A stretch of 64,000 nucleotides of DNA from Lachnospiraceae bacterium (GCA_045590655.1 JAZNRI010000070.1:101100-165099), one strand, 5' to 3'; shown: positions 40,428 through 50,590, numbered from the stretch's first letter. Translations and numbers: made by a program. The notes: generated from the sequence alone by a model not told the origin.

Positions 40428-41477
40428 ATGAAAAAAGCTTTGATTACCGGCATTACCGGACAGGATGGATCTTATCTTGCAGAGTTTCTTTTGGAAAAAG
40501 GATATGAAGTGCATGGAATTGTAAGAAGAGCATCCATATCCAATACAGGACGTATTGACCATTTGATTTCTTCGGGAAGCGTAAAACTTCACGATGGTGA
40601 TTTGACGGATTCATCATCTATTATTCGAATTATTCGTATGGTTGAGCCGGATGAAATATATAATTTGGCTGCACAGTCCCATGTGCAGGTTTCTTTTGAT
40701 GTTCCGGAATATTCGGGAGATGTTGATGCATTAGGTGTTTTGCGTATTTTGGAAGCTGTCAGAATTCTTGATATGACCCAAAAGACCAGAATCTACCAGG
40801 CATCTACTTCTGAATTATACGGTAAGGTGGAAGAGGTCCCTCAAAAGGAAACAACGCCGTTTCATCCTTATAGTCCTTATGCGGTGGCGAAGCAATACGG
40901 GTATTGGATTACAAAAGAATACAGAGAAGCTTATGGCATGTTTGCCGTGAACGGAATTTTGTTTAATCATGAATCTGAGAGACGCGGAGAAAACTTTGTA
41001 ACTCGTAAAATTACGTTGGCAGCAGGTCGAATAGCTGAAGGAATTCAGGATCATTTAGAACTTGGAAATATGGATTCGCTTCGCGATTGGGGATATGCAA
41101 AAGATTACGTAGAATGTATGTGGATGATGTTACAACATGATAAGCCGGAAGATTTTGTAATTGCCACGGGCGTTCAGCATACGGTTAGGGATTTTACGGA
41201 AAAGGCTTTTGCGGCTAACGGAATTCAAATTCGCTGGGAAGGCGAAGGACTGGATGAGAAAGGATATGATGCCGATACCGGTAAAATGCTGGTATGCGTG
41301 AATCCTGCATGGTTCCGTCCGACGGATGTAGATAATTTATGGGGGGATCCGACAAAAGCGAAAACCGTTCTGGGTTGGAATCCGCAGAAGACGAGCTATG
41401 AAGAATTAATTCGTATTATGGCAGAACATGACAGAGCGTTGGCAAAAAGAGAAGCAGCGTTGAAGAAGAGTATATAG
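40428..41477 (+). CDS. gmd: GDP-mannose 4,6-dehydratase
   Basis: [46 protein letters not shown]. Confidence 0.97.
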   Translation: MKKALITGITGQDGSYLAEFLLEKGYEVHGIVRRASISNTGRIDHLISSGSVKLHDGDLTDSSSIIRIIRMVEPDEIYNLAAQSHVQVSFDVPEYSGDVDALGVLRILEAVRILDMTQKTRIYQASTSELYGKVEEVPQKETTPFHPYSPYAVAKQYGYWITKEYREAYGMFAVNGILFNHESERRGENFVTRKITLAAGRIAEGIQDHLELGNMDSLRDWGYAKDYVECMWMMLQHDKPEDFVIATGVQHTVRDFTEKAFAANGIQIRWEGEGLDEKGYDADTGKMLVCVNPAWFRPTDVDNLWGDPTKAKTVLGWNPQKTSYEELIRIMAEHDRALAKREAALKKSI

Positions 41478-41497
41478 AAACAGATGTTGTTTCGGAG

Positions 41498-42457
41498 TTG
41501 GAGAATATAGAAATGATGGATAGAAGTGCGAAGATTTATGTGGCGGGACACCGAGGAATGGTAGGATCCGCCATTGTCAGAGAGTTAATCAGACAAGGAT
41601 ACACCAATATTGTCACAAGAACTCATGCAGAATTGGATTTGTGCCGTCAGGAACAGGTGGAAGCCTTTTTTGAGGCAGAAAAGCCGGAGTATGTTTTTCT
41701 GGCAGCTGCCAAAGTCGGGGGGATTGTTGCAAATCAAAGCGCCCTGGCAGATTTTATGTATGAGAATATGATACTGGAAATGAACGTTATTCATTCTGCG
41801 TGGAAAAATAACTGTAAAAAATTGGAATTTCTCGGTTCATCCTGTATATATCCCAGAATGGCGCCTCAGCCAATGAAGGAAGAATGCCTTCTGACATCGG
41901 AGCTGGAAAAAACAAACGAAGCTTATGCATTGGCAAAAATTTCAGGCTTGAAGTATTGTGAATTTCTGAACAAACAATACGGAACGGATTATATTTCTGT
42001 TATGCCTACAAATTTATATGGACCTAATGATAATTATCATCCGACCCACAGTCATGTATTGCCTGCGTTGATTCGTCGTTTTCATGAAGCGAAAGAGGCG
42101 GGATTGCCTTTTGTGACATGCTGGGGCGACGGAAGTCCGTTAAGAGAATTTTTATATGTGGATGATTTGGCCAACTTATGTGTGTTTTTGATGAATCATT
42201 ACAGCGGGGATGAGACTGTTAATGCCGGAACCGGAAAGGAATTATCGATTAAAGAATTGACGGAACTTGTGGCAAAAACAGTAGGATATGAAGGTGAAAT
42301 ACGTTGGGATACCGATAAACCAAACGGAACACCAAGAAAGCTTTTGGATGTGTCTAAGGCAAAGGAATTAGGGTGGACCTATAAAACTGAGTTGGAAGAA
42401 GGTATAAAACTGGCTTATGAGGATTTTCTTAATAATCCGATGCGAGCAGAACGTTAA
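41498..42457 (+). CDS. fcl: GDP-L-fucose synthase
   Basis: VAGHRGMVGSA, AAAKVGGI, GSSCIYP, YALAK, PTNLYGP.DN, REFLYVDD. Confidence 0.97.
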   Translation: MENIEMMDRSAKIYVAGHRGMVGSAIVRELIRQGYTNIVTRTHAELDLCRQEQVEAFFEAEKPEYVFLAAAKVGGIVANQSALADFMYENMILEMNVIHSAWKNNCKKLEFLGSSCIYPRMAPQPMKEECLLTSELEKTNEAYALAKISGLKYCEFLNKQYGTDYISVMPTNLYGPNDNYHPTHSHVLPALIRRFHEAKEAGLPFVTCWGDGSPLREFLYVDDLANLCVFLMNHYSGDETVNAGTGKELSIKELTELVAKTVGYEGEIRWDTDKPNGTPRKLLDVSKAKELGWTYKTELEEGIKLAYEDFLNNPMRAER

Positions 42458-42471
42458 AAACGGAGGATTTT

Positions 42472-43785
42472 ATGAATATTGTGTTATTGTCCGGCGGTTC
42501 CGGAAAAAGACTTTGGCCTTTATCAAATGATATCCGTTCAAAGCAGTTTATTAAAATATTTAAAGGGGCGGACGGTGAATATGAGTCTATGTTACAACGT
42601 GTTTACCGGCAGATTAAGAAATGTGACTCGGATGCTACGATAACAATTGCCACATCTAAAAACCAGGTTTCTGCAATTCATAATCAATTGGGGGATGGGG
42701 TAGGAATTTCATTAGAACCTTGTCGCAGAGACACTTTTCCTGCCATTGCATTGGCAACTGCCTACCTGCATGATGTAAAGCATATACCTGAAGATGAAGC
42801 AATTGTGGTTTGCCCGGTGGATCCTTATGTGGACCAAACATATTTTGAAGCAATTAAAGAACTTGGGAAATTGGCGGAACAGAATGCAGCCAATCTTGTT
42901 TTGATGGGGATTGAACCGACATATCCCAGTGAAAAATACGGATATATTATTCCGGAAAGCAAGGAAAAAGTAAGCAGTGTAAAGACTTTTAAGGAGAAAC
43001 CGGATATTCAGGCGGCTCGTGACTATATTGCCAAAGGGGCATTATGGAATGGCGGAGTGTTTGCATATAAAATAAAATATGTATTAGACAGAGCGCATGA
43101 ATTAATTGATTTTACGGATTATTATGATTTGTTTGATAAATATGAATCATTAACCAAAATCAGTTTTGACTATGCTGTGGTAGAAAAAGAGCAAAGTATT
43201 GCTGTGATGCGTTATGCCGGAGAGTGGAAGGATTTGGGTACATGGAATACCTTAACGGAAGCTATGGAGGAAACGGTAATCGGCAAGGGTGTTTTGAATG
43301 ATTCTTGCGAAAATGTACACATCATTAATGAATTGGATGTGCCGCTTTTGTGTATGGGGTTAAAAGACATTGTGGTATCAGCGAGCCCTGACGGAATTCT
43401 GGTTTCGGACAAGGCGCAGTCAAGTTATATTAAACCCTATGTGGATAACATTGAAAGCAGAATTATGTACGCAGAAAAGTCCTGGGGAAGTTATCGCGTT
43501 GTGGATGTGGAAGAAAACAGTATGACGATTAAGGTAACATTAAAAGCGGGTCACCAAATGAATTATCACAGTCACGAATATCGTGATGAAATGTGGACAA
43601 TTATTTCGGGAGAAGGTGTGACTGTTGTAGACGGAATGGAGCAGAAAGTCAGTGCCGGGGATGTGATCACTATGCAGGCGGGCTGTAAACATACAATAAA
43701 AGCAATTACAGAGCTTAAGGTGATTGAAGTGCAATTGGGCAGGGAGATTTCTGTAAATGATAAAAAGAAACATAGCCTGGAATAG
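42472..43785 (+). CDS. manC: Mannose-1-phosphate guanylyltransferase with C-terminal cupin
   Basis: LSGGSGKRLWPLS, YGYI, FKEKP, WNGG, SFDYAVVE, W.DLGTW, EKSWG. Confidence 0.92.
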   Translation: MNIVLLSGGSGKRLWPLSNDIRSKQFIKIFKGADGEYESMLQRVYRQIKKCDSDATITIATSKNQVSAIHNQLGDGVGISLEPCRRDTFPAIALATAYLHDVKHIPEDEAIVVCPVDPYVDQTYFEAIKELGKLAEQNAANLVLMGIEPTYPSEKYGYIIPESKEKVSSVKTFKEKPDIQAARDYIAKGALWNGGVFAYKIKYVLDRAHELIDFTDYYDLFDKYESLTKISFDYAVVEKEQSIAVMRYAGEWKDLGTWNTLTEAMEETVIGKGVLNDSCENVHIINELDVPLLCMGLKDIVVSASPDGILVSDKAQSSYIKPYVDNIESRIMYAEKSWGSYRVVDVEENSMTIKVTLKAGHQMNYHSHEYRDEMWTIISGEGVTVVDGMEQKVSAGDVITMQAGCKHTIKAITELKVIEVQLGREISVNDKKKHSLE

Positions 43786-44804
43786 TGATAAGAGTGATTA
43801 TGAAAGAAGAAATGAAATATAATATGCAACCTTTTTTGCTTAAGCCGGCTTGTAAAGACTACTTGTGGGGTGGTGACCGTCTGGAAAAGGAGTACGGAAA
43901 AGACTATGGAATAAAACCGTTGGCGGAAACATGGGAATGTTCCGTACACCCGGATGGTATTAGCTTGATTGACAGCGGTAGTTTAAAAGGAATGCCGTTG
44001 AGTGAAGTAATAAAAAGATATCCGGAGATGCTCGGTACACACCCGGTCCGTATCGGAAAGCCTGGGGAATTGCCTGTTTTGATAAAACTGATTGATGCAG
44101 GACAAAAGGCATCTGTGCAAGTTCATCCTGATGATGATTATGCACAAATGTACGAGAATGGTGAAAATGGCAAGGCAGAAATGTGGTATGTCCTGGATTC
44201 GGACCATGATGCGAAACTTGTATATGGCTTTTATGAAGATATGGATGAAGAAATGGTGAAAAAAGCTCTTGAAGAGCAAACTATCGAGAAGTATCTTCGA
44301 AAAGTTAATGTTTACAAAGATGATGTTTTTTATATTGAACCGGGAACCGTGCATGCAATCGGCGCAGGAGTATTATTGGCAGAAATACAGCAGAATTCAA
44401 ATTTGACATATAGGTTGTATGATTATAATCGTACAGACCAATATGGAAAAAAACGTGATCTTCATGTAGATAAGGCTTTGAAAGTGGCAAATTTAAAGAA
44501 GAGTTCAGAACCGCGACAACCAATGAGAGTTTTAAAGTATCAGCCGGGATGCGCGACGGAATTATTGTGCAGATGCAAATATTTTCAAGTTGAGAGAATT
44601 CTGGTACGAAGCGAGGAAGATAAGGCAGCTGTTTTCCATGTAGGTGAGGAATCATTTTGCGTCCTTCTGTGTCTGGACGGATGCGGAAAAATAGAAGGCG
44701 CAGAGAAAATTGAATTGAAAAAAGGAAGAACGGCATGGATACCGGCAAACTATGGTGAGGTGAAATTGGTTGGAGAAATGCAACTTCTAAAAATAAGATG
44801 TTAA
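43785..44804 (+). CDS. manA: Mannose-6-phosphate isomerase (class I)
   Basis: YLWGG, AETWE, LIKLIDA..SVQVHP, K.EMWY, GTVHAIG, EIQQNS..TYR. True start may be ATG 43800 or later. Confidence 0.92.
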   Translation: MIRVIMKEEMKYNMQPFLLKPACKDYLWGGDRLEKEYGKDYGIKPLAETWECSVHPDGISLIDSGSLKGMPLSEVIKRYPEMLGTHPVRIGKPGELPVLIKLIDAGQKASVQVHPDDDYAQMYENGENGKAEMWYVLDSDHDAKLVYGFYEDMDEEMVKKALEEQTIEKYLRKVNVYKDDVFYIEPGTVHAIGAGVLLAEIQQNSNLTYRLYDYNRTDQYGKKRDLHVDKALKVANLKKSSEPRQPMRVLKYQPGCATELLCRCKYFQVERILVRSEEDKAAVFHVGEESFCVLLCLDGCGKIEGAEKIELKKGRTAWIPANYGEVKLVGEMQLLKIRC

Positions 44805-44809
44805 TAAAG

Positions 44810-44845
44810 AGCTTGCGGCGCGTGTTTTTACCGCAGGCTTTTTTT
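44810..44845 (+). terminator. Intrinsic terminator of the gmd-manA operon
   Basis: AGCTTGCGG...CCGCAGGCT stem followed by a T run. Confidence 0.75.
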
Positions 44846-44884
44846 ATAGAGAATAATTACCAGATAATTAAAAAAGAAAACATA

Positions 44885-44913
44885 TTGAAAGCTTTGAAGT
44901 GTCATGTTATAAT
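44885..44913 (+). promoter_or_regulatory. sigmaA promoter of the GH25 gene
   Basis: TTGAAA, 17 nt, TATAAT, with TGn extension. Confidence 0.8.
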
Positions 44914-44929
44914 GTTACGCAAATGTTAC
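44913..44929 (+). promoter_or_regulatory. WalR/OmpR-family direct-repeat box
   Basis: TGTTAC-GCAAA-TGTTAC matches TGTWAH-N5-TGTWAH. Confidence 0.5.
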
Positions 44930-44972
44930 AATGTTGATAAAGTGGCTAAATTATAAAGATTGAGGATAAGAG

Positions 44973-47900
44973 ATGATTAAAAAAGATTTAAATTTGGAAG
45001 AATTGGAATGGTCTGATGAAGAAGAATTTCAGGTAGACGAAGAATCTGTATATCGTTCTACAATTGAAACTTTGCAGGCAGAAGATGTAGATGCGGTCGA
45101 TGTAGCTGCAACAAAAGTTATTCCGGTTGCAGATATTAACTCGCAGGTTAAAGAGGAAGCAGGCAACGATGCAGTGCAGGAGCTGTTGGATTTTATCGAC
45201 GGACAGGATGAGAAAGCTTCGGATGTGACTGAGAATATTGAGGGTGTTGAAGAAGAGCCGGATTTGGGAGCGACAAAAGTAATCCCTGTTGTTGTACCAA
45301 TGGTTGCTGATGTGGAAGATGTTACCTTGTCAGGAGAGCTTGCTGATGAATTGGGCGACTTGACTTATCATGATGAGGATGTGCCGAAAGTGCAGAAAAC
45401 CAAAACTGCGCCGAAGAAACATCCCAGTCAGGCCAGAGAGCATGCTTCAGTTAAGAAAGCAAGCGGTAAGCCAAATGTCAAAACCGGAAACGGTAAAAAG
45501 ATTAAGGTGCAGCATAAGAAAAAGAATGCTTTTGAAAAGTTCATTTTAAAGTTATCATGGATGGATGCGGTTATTGGTATTACCGGTGTTTTGGCAGCTG
45601 TAATTCTTGTCTTTGTGCTTGGTTTCTGGATGAACAATAACAGTAAAGTGAAGGATTTGGGCGAATTTACTACGATTGGTATGCAGTTAAGTGAAATGGA
45701 TACAATCGGAAGAAACGGTATTAACCGAATTGTTTCTACCAGTGGCGGTGATGTCATTGGTGAGGCTTTTATTCCTTCCGAAGAGGGAGAAGAAGAGGCT
45801 GTCATGGTTTCGGTAAACTTCACTTCTATTGAAAAGGATTTAAAAATTAAGTTTAGCGATAAAACCAATGATAAGTTATTGACCGGTGTGGCTTTTGAAT
45901 TAGAGGTTGTAACACCTTCTAACGAAACCTTAACCTGGATTGATGAAGATAAGGATGGTTTGATTTATCAGGAAGGCTTAAAGGGCGGAGCCTATATGAT
46001 TACCATTAAGTCGGTTGGTGATTTTTCGTTCCCTACAGACCCTACTAAGGTAATGGTTAAAGATAAGATTTCTTATCAGGTAATTAATGTGCTTGATGAA
46101 ATTAAAACGGAAGATGAAATTAATGTAGCTGTAGAAGATACACAAGATAAGGATAATATTGAAGAAGAAACACTCCTTGCGGATACTGTTAAATGGGTGC
46201 CTTCAGAGAAAAAAGTAACAGGCGGCGCCGACGGATATGCGCAGGTAGATAAAACAACGATTACAGATCCGATGACTTTGACAAGTGCATCCTTGGGCGG
46301 ATACAGAAAAGTAGATAATATTTCTGAACCCGGGATTACTATTGAAACAGGACAATCAAAGACGGTTACATTAACCGGAAGCGAGGAACCTGATAAATAT
46401 TCAAAGTATGAATATTCGTGGTCTGCTTCGGAAGGGCTTACAGTGTCAGGAAGCGGAAGAAATGCTACAATTACCGCAGGTAATACCGCGGGAAACGGAA
46501 CCGTAACCTGTACAGTTATTAAAACAAAAGTAACAACAGAAAATCCCGGTGAGTCTTCTTCTGAAGAAACAACAGAGAATGCACCGGCGCCTGCAGCTGA
46601 AACCGTGACAGATACACATACCTTTGCTGTTGAAATTAAAGCTCCTGTGGCAACCGGATACGTAAAAGGTGTGTCATTAGATTCAACTTCACTGGAAGTG
46701 AAGCTGGGTGCTACAGCAACTTTGAAGGCAACTGTTGCCGGAGAAGGAACCGGGTATGACACCGCGGTAACGTGGAGCAGTAGCGATGAAAAAATTGCAA
46801 CTGTAAAAGATGGTGTTATTACTCCTGTAGCAGCAGGTGAAGCTACAATTACAGTTACTACTGCAGGTAAAGATAAAGATGGTAAAACAGGCACATTTAC
46901 AGCTACCTGTAAGGTTGTGGTAAAGGCGGCCGGCGATTTAACTCTTAAGTTAAATGCGGAGAAGGCTGAGGTTCTTGTCGGTGAGACTTATACAATTGTT
47001 CCTACTGTAGAGAACTATCAGAAGGAAAAAACCGTTAAATACACTGTAGATAAAAAAGATATTGCTACAGTTGACGACAAGGGTGTTGTAACAGGTGTAG
47101 CCAAAGGTACAGCGGTAGTTACTGTTACCACTACTGAAAATGGTAAGGATGGCAAACCGTTAACTGCTAAGGTGACAATAACGGTAAAATCCAATCCAAA
47201 GAAAGATACTAAGACGCTTTTGAAAGATGCTTCCGGTAAGCAGGTATATATCAAAGATGCTAATGGTAAGTATGTACAGGCAAAATGGGCAGATTACTAT
47301 ACTGCGACCGCGTTCTATATTGAGGCAGAGCCTACTTACACTTACTACGGATGGCAGACTTTAAACGGTAAGACCTATTTCTTTGATGAGAATGGTAAAA
47401 AGGTAACCGGTGAGCAGGTTATCTCCGGTGTAAAATATAATTTTGCCAGCGATGGTTCATTATCAATGAACGGCGGCGTATTGGGTATTGACGTCAGCAA
47501 GTGGCAGGGAACCATTGATTGGAATGCGGTTAAGAGCTCCGGAATTTCATTTGTAGTTATCCGTTGCGGTTACCGTGGATCTTCTACCGGTGTATTGGTA
47601 AAAGACCCTATGTTTGAAGCAAATATTAAGGGTGCGACCAAAGCGGGATTAAAAGTCGGACTTTACTTCTTCTCGCAGGCTGTAAATGAGAAAGAAGCCG
47701 TAGAAGAAGCTTCGATGGCAATTGCATTAGCAAAAGACTATAAGATTTCATACCCTATTTTCATTGATACGGAATGGACCAGCGGCGGTAGAGCAAATGG
47801 CATCAGCAAAGATACCAGAACAGCGGTATGTAAGGCATTCTGTGAAACTATTAAGAGTGCCGGATATACGCCGGGCGTATATGCTTGTAAGAGCTGGTAT

Positions 47901-48071
47901 CAGGATTCTTTAAATGTAAGTACGTTGAACGGATATAAGATTTGGCTTGCACAGTATGCATCACAGCCTACTTATTCCGGAAGGTATGATATGTGGCAGT
48001 ATACCGATAAGGGTAAAGTAAACGGTATCAGTACAAGTGTTGATATGAATATCAGCTATTTAGGATATTAA
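44973..48071 (+). CDS. Type II membrane-anchored GH25 lysozyme with Ig-like (Big_2) domains and cell-wall-binding repeats
   Basis: Acidic N-terminus; one TM (~aa 197-220); VTWSSSDEKIATV and IATVDDKGVVTGV Ig repeats; GKTYFFDENG repeat; GIDVSKWQG, IRCGYRG, PIFIDTE. Confidence 0.9.
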   Translation: MIKKDLNLEELEWSDEEEFQVDEESVYRSTIETLQAEDVDAVDVAATKVIPVADINSQVKEEAGNDAVQELLDFIDGQDEKASDVTENIEGVEEEPDLGATKVIPVVVPMVADVEDVTLSGELADELGDLTYHDEDVPKVQKTKTAPKKHPSQAREHASVKKASGKPNVKTGNGKKIKVQHKKKNAFEKFILKLSWMDAVIGITGVLAAVILVFVLGFWMNNNSKVKDLGEFTTIGMQLSEMDTIGRNGINRIVSTSGGDVIGEAFIPSEEGEEEAVMVSVNFTSIEKDLKIKFSDKTNDKLLTGVAFELEVVTPSNETLTWIDEDKDGLIYQEGLKGGAYMITIKSVGDFSFPTDPTKVMVKDKISYQVINVLDEIKTEDEINVAVEDTQDKDNIEEETLLADTVKWVPSEKKVTGGADGYAQVDKTTITDPMTLTSASLGGYRKVDNISEPGITIETGQSKTVTLTGSEEPDKYSKYEYSWSASEGLTVSGSGRNATITAGNTAGNGTVTCTVIKTKVTTENPGESSSEETTENAPAPAAETVTDTHTFAVEIKAPVATGYVKGVSLDSTSLEVKLGATATLKATVAGEGTGYDTAVTWSSSDEKIATVKDGVITPVAAGEATITVTTAGKDKDGKTGTFTATCKVVVKAAGDLTLKLNAEKAEVLVGETYTIVPTVENYQKEKTVKYTVDKKDIATVDDKGVVTGVAKGTAVVTVTTTENGKDGKPLTAKVTITVKSNPKKDTKTLLKDASGKQVYIKDANGKYVQAKWADYYTATAFYIEAEPTYTYYGWQTLNGKTYFFDENGKKVTGEQVISGVKYNFASDGSLSMNGGVLGIDVSKWQGTIDWNAVKSSGISFVVIRCGYRGSSTGVLVKDPMFEANIKGATKAGLKVGLYFFSQAVNEKEAVEEASMAIALAKDYKISYPIFIDTEWTSGGRANGISKDTRTAVCKAFCETIKSAGYTPGVYACKSWYQDSLNVSTLNGYKIWLAQYASQPTYSGRYDMWQYTDKGKVNGISTSVDMNISYLGY

Positions 48072-48073
48072 AG

Positions 48074-48104
48074 AAAAGGGCAGAGAGTAATCTCTGCCCT
48101 TTTT
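48074..48104 (+). terminator. Intrinsic terminator of the GH25 gene
   Basis: AAAAGGGCAGAGA-GTAA-TCTCTGCCCTTTTT. Confidence 0.9.
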
Positions 48105-48114
48105 GTATGCATAT

Positions 48115-48152
48115 AAAAATGCATCATCGGAAAGTAAGGATGATGCATTTTT
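48115..48152 (-). terminator. Intrinsic terminator of pseC (second hairpin of a tandem pair)
   Basis: AAAAATGCATCATC-N10-GATGATGCATTTTT. Confidence 0.8.
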
Positions 48153-48162
48153 TGTCATATTT

Positions 48163-49356
48163 TTATTTTTTATAATAAGCAATTAATTTCTTTACTGCGG
48201 TAATTACGGATTCTACGTCTTCATCTGTCATGGAATAGAAGAGGGGAATGCTTAAAATACGTTCGTAAAGAGCCTCTGCCTTAGGACATAAACCTTTATG
48301 ATAACCTAGTTTTTCGTAATGAGAGTGATAGTAAACCGGGATATAGTGGACCTGGGGACAAACATTTTCGGCAACAAGCGCATTGAAAAATTCGCGTCTG
48401 GTACAGTTGAGTTTCGCCAAATCCAATTGTAAAATATATAAGTGTCTCGTTGTGTCTGATTCGGAAATTTCTTTCTGGATGATGATTTCCGGTGTGTCAG
48501 CAAACGCTTCATTATAGCGAGCTACAATTTCTTTGCGTCGTTTGGAAAAGGCCGGTAACTTGTCTAACTGGCTTGCAACTAAGGCACATTGGAAATCAGT
48601 CATACGATAATTGTATCCTAATTCCACCTGCTCATAATACCAGGGATCATCGCAGGGATTGTTCATTTCGTCCATATTACGTGTGATGCCGTGAGCGCGG
48701 AGACGTAATAACTTGCGGTATAAGTTTTCGTCATTGGTAGTGACTGCACCACCTTCACCGGAGGTGATGGTTTTAACCGGATGAAAACTGAAAGTAGTCA
48801 TATCTGCTATACTTCCTACTCCTTGTCCGTTGTACTTGGTGCCGATTGAATGAGCAGCATCTTCGATTAGGGTTAAGTTGTATTCTTTGCAGATAACGCG
48901 GATTTCATCCAATTCTACTGCTTGTCCCGTAAAATCTACAGCGACTACTGCTTTGGTTGCCGGAGTAATGCATGTCCGGATGGAAGCAGGAGAAATATTA
49001 TAGGTTTCGGGATTGATGTCGGCAAAAACAGGTTTTGCACCGCAATACAATGCGCAATTTGCTGATGCAGCAAATGTAATAGGTGTTGTAATGATTTCGT
49101 CACCGGGACCCAAATCAATGGCCATACAAGCGATGTGAAGCGCGGCGGTTCCGTTACTGACGGCAACAGCATATTTGGCGCCGGTTGTTTCACATAATTT
49201 GGCTTCGAATTCACTTACTTTTGGCCCACAAGTTACGTAACCGCTTCTTAATACTTCGGCAACGGCCTGAATATCGGTTTCATCAATGTATTGTCTGCCG
49301 TAAGATATTTTGGTGTCTCTGACGGGGGTTCCGCCAAGAATTGCCGGTTTGTTCAT
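48163..49356 (-). CDS. pseC: UDP-4-amino-4,6-dideoxy-N-acetyl-beta-L-altrosamine transaminase
   Basis: YGRQYI...DI.AV..VL, SFHPVKTITSGEGG, LGYNYRMTD, QVHYIP. ATG 49356 has a GGAG RBS. Confidence 0.85.
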   Translation of the reverse strand: MNKPAILGGTPVRDTKISYGRQYIDETDIQAVAEVLRSGYVTCGPKVSEFEAKLCETTGAKYAVAVSNGTAALHIACMAIDLGPGDEIITTPITFAASANCALYCGAKPVFADINPETYNISPASIRTCITPATKAVVAVDFTGQAVELDEIRVICKEYNLTLIEDAAHSIGTKYNGQGVGSIADMTTFSFHPVKTITSGEGGAVTTNDENLYRKLLRLRAHGITRNMDEMNNPCDDPWYYEQVELGYNYRMTDFQCALVASQLDKLPAFSKRRKEIVARYNEAFADTPEIIIQKEISESDTTRHLYILQLDLAKLNCTRREFFNALVAENVCPQVHYIPVYYHSHYEKLGYHKGLCPKAEALYERILSIPLFYSMTDEDVESVITAVKKLIAYYKK

Positions 49357-49460
49357 AAAACTCCGTTCTGAAGCGAATTTAATTTGTTGAATGATTTGGT
49401 TGAATGTTTGGATGCGATAATCTGTGTCGCTTCTGCACAAGAGTATCTTTCAACTTCTTA

Positions 49461-49489
49461 AGTATAAGTCAACTTAAGGCTTGTTTCAA
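49461..49489 (-). promoter_or_regulatory. sigmaA promoter of pseC
   Basis: TTGAAA, 17 nt, TATACT on the minus strand. Confidence 0.6.
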
Positions 49490-49498
49490 TCATTTTCA

Positions 49499-49536
49499 TT
49501 GTTTTTTTGACAGTTACTATGTATAATAACTATAGT
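49499..49536 (+). promoter_or_regulatory. sigmaA promoter(s) for the membrane protein-pseI-pseG operon
   Basis: TTGTTT-17-TATAAT (49499-49527) overlapping TTGACA-18-TATAGT (49507-49536). Confidence 0.55.
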
Positions 49537-49552
49537 GAAAGAGGTGTAGATT

Positions 49553-50590
49553 ATGCTTCAGATTCTTATGGCGACATTTTGGTTGTTGCTTGTTCCTTTT
49601 GGAAGCGGACTTTGGATTACATCCAAACTGCCCAAGGAGCATCAAAGTATAGGGATGATTATTTTGAACGGCTATCTGGTAACGATAGCCTTCTTTCAGT
49701 GCTTTTACTTAGGATTTCTTGTGGCAGAGAGTACATCTTTTGAGAATTTGACGTTGGTGTTTGCCATTTTTATTCTTTTATTTACAGGTGTTTCTGCGTG
49801 GTTTGGGCGTAAGATTGTAAAAGAATGTTTTGCCGGGATGAAATGCAGAGAAGCACTTGCTTTAAAGATTGTTTTTGTATTGTTTTTGGTAATACAAGTA
49901 GTGATGCGTCTTACGCAACAGGTTTTTGACGGAGATGATGCTTTTTATATTGCGACTGCAGCAAACTCTTATACCAGCGGAACTATGAATTATGTGCAAC
50001 CGTACACGGGAATGGTATCTAACAATATTGATATGCGCCATGCATTTGCAGCGGCACCGACATGGCTTGCTTTTTTATCCAAGGTTACAATGATTCATCC
50101 TGCAATTATGGGGCACACTGTTCTTGCGCCTGTTTTAATTGTATTGCATTACTTGGTAATTCTTCAAATCGGAGAATTGCTTTTTAAGAATAAGAAGAAT
50201 GAAAAGTATCTGTTTGCTTCTCTTGTTTCGTTGTTTAATATGTATGGGTATGTCAGTATTTATACTGCCCAGACTTTCTTTTTGACAAGAACATGGCAGG
50301 GGAAAAGTATTTTTGCTAATTTGTTCCTTCCTGTGTTACTTTTGTGCCTTTTGTGGCTGGGGGATAAAACCAAAGAGGTGAAAATAGAGAATGTATTGTA
50401 TGTGGTGGCCGGTATTATTATGTTTGCCGGAAGTTCCATGACAACAATGGCAGTGGCGTTATTGCCTATGGTTTTTATGTTGGGAATTACTTTTCTGACT
50501 ATTTATCGCAGGGAACCGTTGATGCTGTTAAAAGGAGTTTTGACCTGCATTCCTGTTGGTTTGGTAGGGATATTATATATGTTGTCGTAA
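49553..50590 (+). CDS. Polytopic membrane protein (DUF6077-like, GT-C N-terminal half-like)
   Basis: TMs; DGDDAFY acidic motif; RTWQGKS. Family name recalled, not searched. Confidence 0.5.
   Translation: MLQILMATFWLLLVPFGSGLWITSKLPKEHQSIGMIILNGYLVTIAFFQCFYLGFLVAESTSFENLTLVFAIFILLFTGVSAWFGRKIVKECFAGMKCREALALKIVFVLFLVIQVVMRLTQQVFDGDDAFYIATAANSYTSGTMNYVQPYTGMVSNNIDMRHAFAAAPTWLAFLSKVTMIHPAIMGHTVLAPVLIVLHYLVILQIGELLFKNKKNEKYLFASLVSLFNMYGYVSIYTAQTFFLTRTWQGKSIFANLFLPVLLLCLLWLGDKTKEVKIENVLYVVAGIIMFAGSSMTTMAVALLPMVFMLGITFLTIYRREPLMLLKGVLTCIPVGLVGILYMLS

Noticed and set aside
48163-49440. Extended ORF-track starts (pseC 49440; also 12010, 35619, 36928, 38961, 39298, 50607, 56263)
   Set aside because: Downstream starts have better RBS spacing and/or match family N-termini.
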